A stretch of DNA of 64,000 nt from PVC group bacterium (lineage in GTDB: Bacteria > Omnitrophota > Gorgyraeia > B26-G9), in assembly GCA_024231215.1 (NCBI GenBank), contig JAAEQR010000072.1, positions 257,210-321,209 on the forward strand. The letters are read 5' to 3'. A program made the position numbers and the translations under genes. Shown piece after piece: positions 59,001-64,000 of the stretch. Within the stretch, counting starts at the first letter, position 1. Every line of letters starts with the position of its first letter. The notes beneath the pieces were generated by a model. It worked only from the letters and a program-made list of their open reading frames with translations, was not told the DNA's origin and ran no database searches.

Positions 59001-60272
59001 ATGAAAAGACGTACAATCGCTATATTTTTAATTTTAATTTTCGGCTTTAATTTTGAACTAAAAGCGGAAACGGATAAGATTGTTATTAAGAAGTTAAAAA
59101 ACGGACATTATCAGATGCTGGTGAATGAAAAACCGTATGTGGTAAAAGGTGTCTGTTATGCTCCGATACCTATAGGTAAAAGTCATTTGACTAATTTTAT
59201 GTGCGATCCAAACAAACCTTGGGTTGTAGATGGAAAAATCATGCAGGAAATGGGTATTAATACGATCAGATTATACCATGCTGGAGATGAACCAAAATTT
59301 TGCAAAGCAATGATTGAGGATTTATATAAGCTTTATGGGATACGTACAATTTTAGGTCATAATTTGGGGTTTTGGGATTATCCACCGCCTAATTATGGAG
59401 ATGAGGAATTTATTAAGGAGATAACCGAAGAAACCCTCAAAATGATTGAATATTTTAAAGATACCCAGGGAATTTTATTCTGGAACTTAGGGAATGAGAA
59501 TAATTATAGCTTTGACGGCCGGATAAATCCTTGGAGTACTCCGGAGATTGATGAATTGAAAAGTCATCGGGATAAAACAAATGCCCGGGCAAAGATTTAT
59601 TATTCTTTTGTAAATGAGGTAGCAAAAAAGATAAAAGAAATCGATCCTAATCATCCTGTATCCTTAGGTAATGGGGAGACAGTAGGTCTTAAAATTGCTG
59701 CGGGAAATTGTCCGGATGTTGATTTGTTAGGATGCATAGTATATCGTGGAAAGGTATTTGGTACTTTTTTCAAAGAAGTTAAACGTAAATTTGATAAACC
59801 GGTGGTATTAACTGAATATGGTTGTGACGCCTATAATGCAGTAAAACAAAAAGAAGATCAGAGGAATCAGGCGAAGTTTTTAAGAAGTCAATGGTTGGAT
59901 TTAGAGAAAAACTTTGCGAATGGAGAAGGCATAGGTAACTGTTTGGGCGGTGCTATATTCGAATGGACCGATGAGTGGTGGAAAACATCTGAATCTGACC
60001 GAGATAGTTGGCTGGTGCATGATATAAGCGCTAGCTGGGGTATGGGAGCGTATGATTTTGATGCTAAGGCGGGAAAGAATATGAACGAGGAATGGTTTGG
60101 TCTTCTGGCTATATCTGAGGAATTAGATGAAAGTGGTAATAATAAAAGGATTCCGCGCAAAGCATATTATGTCTTAAGAGCATTGTGGAATGATAAAGTA
60201 GCTCGAGAAAAAGAAACAGAAAAAAAGAAAAAGCCTAAGGGTGCTAAAGTTATAAAGAAGAATACGAAATAA
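59001..60272 (+). CDS. Secreted clan GH-A glycoside hydrolase (second copy, shorter)
   Basis: Signal peptide MKRRTIAIFLILIFGFNFELKA. Motifs GINTIRLYHAGDEP, ILFWNLGNENNY, YYSFVNEVAKKIKEIDPNHPVS, KPVVLTEYGCDAY, EWTDEWWKT, collinear with ORF 54692. Confidence 0.65.
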   Translation: MKRRTIAIFLILIFGFNFELKAETDKIVIKKLKNGHYQMLVNEKPYVVKGVCYAPIPIGKSHLTNFMCDPNKPWVVDGKIMQEMGINTIRLYHAGDEPKFCKAMIEDLYKLYGIRTILGHNLGFWDYPPPNYGDEEFIKEITEETLKMIEYFKDTQGILFWNLGNENNYSFDGRINPWSTPEIDELKSHRDKTNARAKIYYSFVNEVAKKIKEIDPNHPVSLGNGETVGLKIAAGNCPDVDLLGCIVYRGKVFGTFFKEVKRKFDKPVVLTEYGCDAYNAVKQKEDQRNQAKFLRSQWLDLEKNFANGEGIGNCLGGAIFEWTDEWWKTSESDRDSWLVHDISASWGMGAYDFDAKAGKNMNEEWFGLLAISEELDESGNNKRIPRKAYYVLRALWNDKVAREKETEKKKKPKGAKVIKKNTK

Positions 60273-60273
60273 C

Positions 60274-60296
60274 GCCGCAAATGGGCGTTTTGCAGG
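60274..60296 (+). terminator. Weak hairpin/terminator
   Basis: aacgcc gcaaat ggcgtt followed by ttgc; short U-tract, so low confidence. Confidence 0.3.
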
Positions 60297-60324
60297 AGCA
60301 CTATTAACAAAGAGAGGTGGAGGC

Positions 60325-62163
60325 ATGAAATGGTTCAATAACCTTATGTTTTTGATCTGTATTGGGATGATGTTCCTTTATTATCCAGTCCAAATAAATG
60401 CTGCGGAAACAGCTTCTATTGATAATTCTTTTCGCCAAGAATTAAATACAAAGATTAACAATTTTTTCCAAGAGAAACAATTTGTAGAAGCAATAGAATA
60501 TTTAGAAGCGCTTAATGCAGAAAAAGTGGCTGAAGAAAACGCAGATTCTCTTTATATAGAATACTATTTGATGCTTACTAAAACAACTTATCTCGATTAT
60601 CTGGAGTCTGAAGAAGATTGGGAGAATTATTATAATTCTTATCAAGATCTTGATATAGAGATTATTGAAACAGCTGAGTATCTTGTTTCTGAGTATTCGG
60701 TTTCAGGTGTAATTGTTGATGTCCAGTCTCTTGCCTGGAAAGCATATATGCGGGAGGAAGATAAAGAGGCAGCTGACGGTGCATTTGATGCTTTAGTCGA
60801 TATGGTTATTGCCTATACGGCTGAACAGGGTGATATCGTCAAGTTTAAGGAATTAGCTGATTTAGTAAATAGTCAGGCTGGCTATTCGCAGATGAACACA
60901 TTGTTTGCTGAATATCGCGATTATCTTATAGAAACAGAGGCAGATATAAGTTCGGTTGATAGTTTATCAGAAGTTGCCCGTTCATACTTAGAAACCGAAG
61001 ATATAGATACAGCAATTATTATTTATGAACATTATATGGAGCTGCTTGCTGAGCATTATGATACAAATGAAAGTTTAGAAAAGTTAAGTATGATTGCGGA
61101 TAAATTCCGACATCACGGATTCTCTCCGGCGCAAGATGCTGATTTTGCCGAAACAGTATATGATTATGTGCAGCAGAAGTTTGGTTTGGAAGCTCTATCT
61201 GATATGGATATGCTGGCTCGGGCTTATAATTTAGAGTTAAACGGACAATATGAGCGTGCTTTCGAGGAATATAAAAATTTTGTAAAGATGTTTCCGGATA
61301 GCCAGTTCATACATGAAGCATATACGCGTCTAGGGGTGATTAGTTTTTATTGTTTATCAAAACCAGAGCAGGGGATTGCTTTTTTTCAAAAAGTTCTGGA
61401 GGATGCCGGAAATTCATTTAATGCCCCATTTTGTATGTATGAAATGGCCTTATTCTATCAATGGAATCAAGAGCATGATATGGCACGTGAATTATATTTG
61501 CAATTATCTGAAGGGGAAGGGATGTTTGCTGACTTAGCAGCGCAGCGTTTAGCAGAGATAGATGAGGGGGATCAAATGCAGAGTGATCTTACCTCTTTAT
61601 TTGATCTTGTTTTGAAGGAGAAAACAGAGGACTCTACGATAATTATGGAGCTGACGGCACAGCCGGATCGGGGTATTGTCGGAGAAGAGATAATATTAAC
61701 CGGAGTGGCACAGGATTTCTCTGCCGGGACAGTTCAACCGTCGTTTAGTTATGAATGGTTACGGGATACGGGGACAAGCGGAGATCCTGGTAATGTGACA
61801 GAATTTAAAACAACTTACGATACTCCCGGCCCGAAAATTGTCTGTTTTTCAGCAGAGGTAGCAGATAGCCGGGCAGTTATTGGTAAGGTTATATGGATTT
61901 ATGAGCTGGCAGTAAGTATGCCTGAGACAGAAGAGGTGAAAACCGGGGAGTCAGTAGATTTTAAAGCGCAGATTTCACCTCCGATCACAGAAGAAGATTA
62001 TTTAAAATGGGCCTGGACGCTTAGCGGTCCGGAAGAAGTTTCAGGGGAAGGTAAAGAGTTTAGTGCTGTATTTGCAGAAAGTGGTAGTTACGAAGGCCAG
62101 TTGGAAATTTCTAATGGCGAGATAAAAGCAGTAAAGAAGTTTACTTTTCAGGTAACCGAATAG
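60325..62163 (+). CDS. Secreted hypothetical protein: N-terminal helical (TPR-like?) region plus two C-terminal PKD/Ig-like repeats
   Basis: GAGAGGTGGAGG RBS; signal peptide MKWFNNLMFLICIGMMFLYYPVQINAAE. C-terminal repeats FSYEWLRDTGTSGDPGN..KIVCFSAEV and LKWAWTLSGPEEVSGEGKEFSAVF..GSYEGQL resemble PKD-type beta-sandwich repeats (motif-level only). Confidence 0.6.
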   Translation: MKWFNNLMFLICIGMMFLYYPVQINAAETASIDNSFRQELNTKINNFFQEKQFVEAIEYLEALNAEKVAEENADSLYIEYYLMLTKTTYLDYLESEEDWENYYNSYQDLDIEIIETAEYLVSEYSVSGVIVDVQSLAWKAYMREEDKEAADGAFDALVDMVIAYTAEQGDIVKFKELADLVNSQAGYSQMNTLFAEYRDYLIETEADISSVDSLSEVARSYLETEDIDTAIIIYEHYMELLAEHYDTNESLEKLSMIADKFRHHGFSPAQDADFAETVYDYVQQKFGLEALSDMDMLARAYNLELNGQYERAFEEYKNFVKMFPDSQFIHEAYTRLGVISFYCLSKPEQGIAFFQKVLEDAGNSFNAPFCMYEMALFYQWNQEHDMARELYLQLSEGEGMFADLAAQRLAEIDEGDQMQSDLTSLFDLVLKEKTEDSTIIMELTAQPDRGIVGEEIILTGVAQDFSAGTVQPSFSYEWLRDTGTSGDPGNVTEFKTTYDTPGPKIVCFSAEVADSRAVIGKVIWIYELAVSMPETEEVKTGESVDFKAQISPPITEEDYLKWAWTLSGPEEVSGEGKEFSAVFAESGSYEGQLEISNGEIKAVKKFTFQVTE

Positions 62164-62184
62164 ATAAGGAGATGTTTTCAATAC

Positions 62185-64000
62185 ATGCAAACCAAAGAGC
62201 GAAGAAAATATATTCGCTTAAATAAGATATTTCCTGTCGAATTACAAGTTGTAGACCTCCATAATAAACCGCTTAGCGGTCTTCTTCAAGGCTTTACCCG
62301 TGATGTTAGTTTTGAAGGTGTATGTATAGCAATCAATAATTTTGATCATCTGCATCTGGAAGCGCTTTTAAAACAACAAGCAAAAGTCATTCTCTTTTTA
62401 AATATACCTTTAAAACATGAATCGGTTAGAGCTGTATCTAGTTTAATATGGATGGAGAAATCGGATACTCCGTATGAGCACAGTTATCATTTGGGGATGA
62501 AGTATGAAGTAATAGATAAGGTAGAACAACGGCAGATTATACGGCATGCATGTTTTACCAGGCGTTTTCCGCGGGTGGTAGCTGTATGCTTTATTATTTT
62601 TGTTTTGTCTTCAATATACCTGTTGTTTGAAAATAGACGGCTTCTTTATGATAATAAATTGCTGGTAAAAGAAATAACAGTATTTTCCCATCGGCAGTTT
62701 GAGGTGCAGACAGCCTTGGACAAAATAGAGGCAGAAAAAATCATTGTGCACAAACTATTGCAAAATAGCAGTCAAGAGCTCAAAAATCTGAAAGGACAGG
62801 TTATTTTACTGGACCAGAGTTTACGAGATAAACAATTAAAAGATAGGACTGCTGTAGATTTGCTTATCAATGAACGTCGTCAGCTGGATAGACAATTGGC
62901 TTTATTGATAAAGGATAAAACAAAGTTGGAAGAAAAATTAAAAAATTATAGTGAGAATGAAACAGAATTAAAAACACAATTAGTTGATCTTAAGGGTAAA
63001 CGAATGCTTTTGGGGAGCAAGAGTTTGCAACTAATGTATAAGTGGCTTATATCCGCACAGTCTGGGAAAACAGGACTTGTGCTTAGTTATGAAGACGATT
63101 CGTCATTAATAGATGTTGGTTTTACGTATGATCAGGCACTAAGTGCTTTTAATTTTGTTTATTTTGAGGAATATACAAGGGCTGAAAAGATTTTTGATTT
63201 TTTTAAAACTAAAGCACAAAGAATAGAGGGAGGTTTTGCAAATGCATACGATGTTGTTAACGGCAGTGTAAATGAATACATTGTGCATAGTGGACCATCC
63301 AGCTATCTTGGTTTAGCAATGTTATATTATGAAGACAAGACCGGAAAGGGTAAATATCGTTCACTTGCTTGTGATATCGGAGATTGGGTTTTAACTCTAC
63401 AAAAAGAAAGTGATCAGGGGGGGGTATGCGGTGGTCCTGGGTTAACCTGGAGCAGTACCGAACAAAACTTAGCAGCATATGTTTTATTTAAGAATCTAGC
63501 TAAACGCACTCAAGAGCAGAAGTACTCAAGAGCTGCGGAAAAGATATTAGTTTGGTTAAAAGATGTGGCGTATAATCATAAACTTAAGCGGTTTAACCGT
63601 GGTGCTTCTGATGGAATGATTGCGACGGATGCTATTGCTCTAAGTATTTTGGCTTTGGGGCCGGCCGGATTAAGTGAAATAGGCATCGATGTAGAAGATT
63701 TGATCGTTTGTGTGGAAGAAAACTGTAAGATACAAGTATGGGTTAAGGATGTTTTCGGTAAAAGACAAAGTGTTACTGGCTATGATTTTTGTTCTCCGTC
63801 AAGTATTGGCAGGCGAGGGTTAGTGTCGGTTGAGTGGACGGCACAGATGGTTATAGCGTATAAAGAATTGAGCCGCTATTATTTGAAGGAAAATAATGAT
63901 AAAAAGGCTCGTAGATATATGAGTAAGGCAGATTACTATCTGGGAGAACTTGAGAAGTTATTGCTGGTTCGATCGTCCGGGTTTGGTGTCTCTAGAAGTA
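62185..64000 (+). CDS. 3'-truncated multidomain membrane protein: N-terminal PilZ domain, TM helix, coiled coil, then a C-terminal domain with possible (alpha/alpha)6-type glycosidase-like motifs; continues beyond the window
   Basis: Not in the ORF track because there is no stop before nt 64000. MQTKERRKYIRLNKIF (RxxxR) and TRDVSFEGVCI (DxSxxG) give PilZ. RFPRVVAVCFIIFVLSSIYLLF is a TM helix. QFEVQTALDKIEAEKIIVHKLLQNSSQELKNLKGQVILLDQSLRDKQLKDRT..LEEKLKNYSENETELKTQL is a coiled coil. The C-terminal LVLSYEDDSSLIDVGFTYDQALSAFNF..GGVCGGPGLTWSSTEQN is unassigned. Confidence 0.65.
   Translation, partial: MQTKERRKYIRLNKIFPVELQVVDLHNKPLSGLLQGFTRDVSFEGVCIAINNFDHLHLEALLKQQAKVILFLNIPLKHESVRAVSSLIWMEKSDTPYEHSYHLGMKYEVIDKVEQRQIIRHACFTRRFPRVVAVCFIIFVLSSIYLLFENRRLLYDNKLLVKEITVFSHRQFEVQTALDKIEAEKIIVHKLLQNSSQELKNLKGQVILLDQSLRDKQLKDRTAVDLLINERRQLDRQLALLIKDKTKLEEKLKNYSENETELKTQLVDLKGKRMLLGSKSLQLMYKWLISAQSGKTGLVLSYEDDSSLIDVGFTYDQALSAFNFVYFEEYTRAEKIFDFFKTKAQRIEGGFANAYDVVNGSVNEYIVHSGPSSYLGLAMLYYEDKTGKGKYRSLACDIGDWVLTLQKESDQGGVCGGPGLTWSSTEQNLAAYVLFKNLAKRTQEQKYSRAAEKILVWLKDVAYNHKLKRFNRGASDGMIATDAIALSILALGPAGLSEIGIDVEDLIVCVEENCKIQVWVKDVFGKRQSVTGYDFCSPSSIGRRGLVSVEWTAQMVIAYKELSRYYLKENNDKKARRYMSKADYYLGELEKLLLVRSSGFGVSRS

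Noticed and set aside
1-64000. CRISPR arrays, tRNA/rRNA genes, IS elements, integrases
   Set aside because: No regularly spaced direct repeats, no cloverleaf-like GC-rich 75-90-nt segments in intergenic regions, and no transposase/integrase-like translations (DDE, tyrosine recombinase motifs) in any frame I examined.

Overview
The window is AT-rich bacterial DNA (roughly 35-40% GC by eye) with every credible gene on the + strand. No rRNA, tRNA, CRISPR array or transposase is visible. Half of the window (18749..50941) is one uninterrupted ORF of 10,730 codons. Its N-terminal ~750 aa match SecA (DEAD-motor blocks, PPXD-region blocks and helical-scaffold blocks); I aligned this from memory against E. 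coli SecA. It then continues into a ~10-helix membrane domain, a ~1,700-aa coiled-coil-like tract, a long beta-rich body with a degenerate clan GH-A glycosidase-like domain, and more membrane bundles. The giant gene is preceded by a near-consensus sigma70-type promoter and a leader intrinsic terminator that could act as a riboswitch or attenuator, with a GC-rich island overlapping its annotated 5' end. It is flanked by two single-domain PilZ genes (putative c-di-GMP receptors), and a third PilZ domain heads a multidomain membrane protein at the 3' edge. Three large upstream genes (9639, 12689, 15121) and the giant protein share a conserved hydrophobic N-terminal motif ('ILIQAFxLVN'). In the 12689 gene that motif is separated from a good GTG start by an A9 tract that forms a canonical A_AAA_AAG -1 slippery heptamer. 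The 5' end of the window holds three paralogues of a secreted family with QDAHC and GGFH motifs, possibly TIKI/TraB/ChaN-like. The 3' third holds a sugar-use module: a GPH/MelB-type symporter, two clan GH-A glycosidases and three tandem CBM-like paralogues with conserved 5'-UTR hairpins. Several promoters share the architecture TTGACA-N17-TATACT. All functional calls rest on motifs read directly from the translations; no database searches were run.
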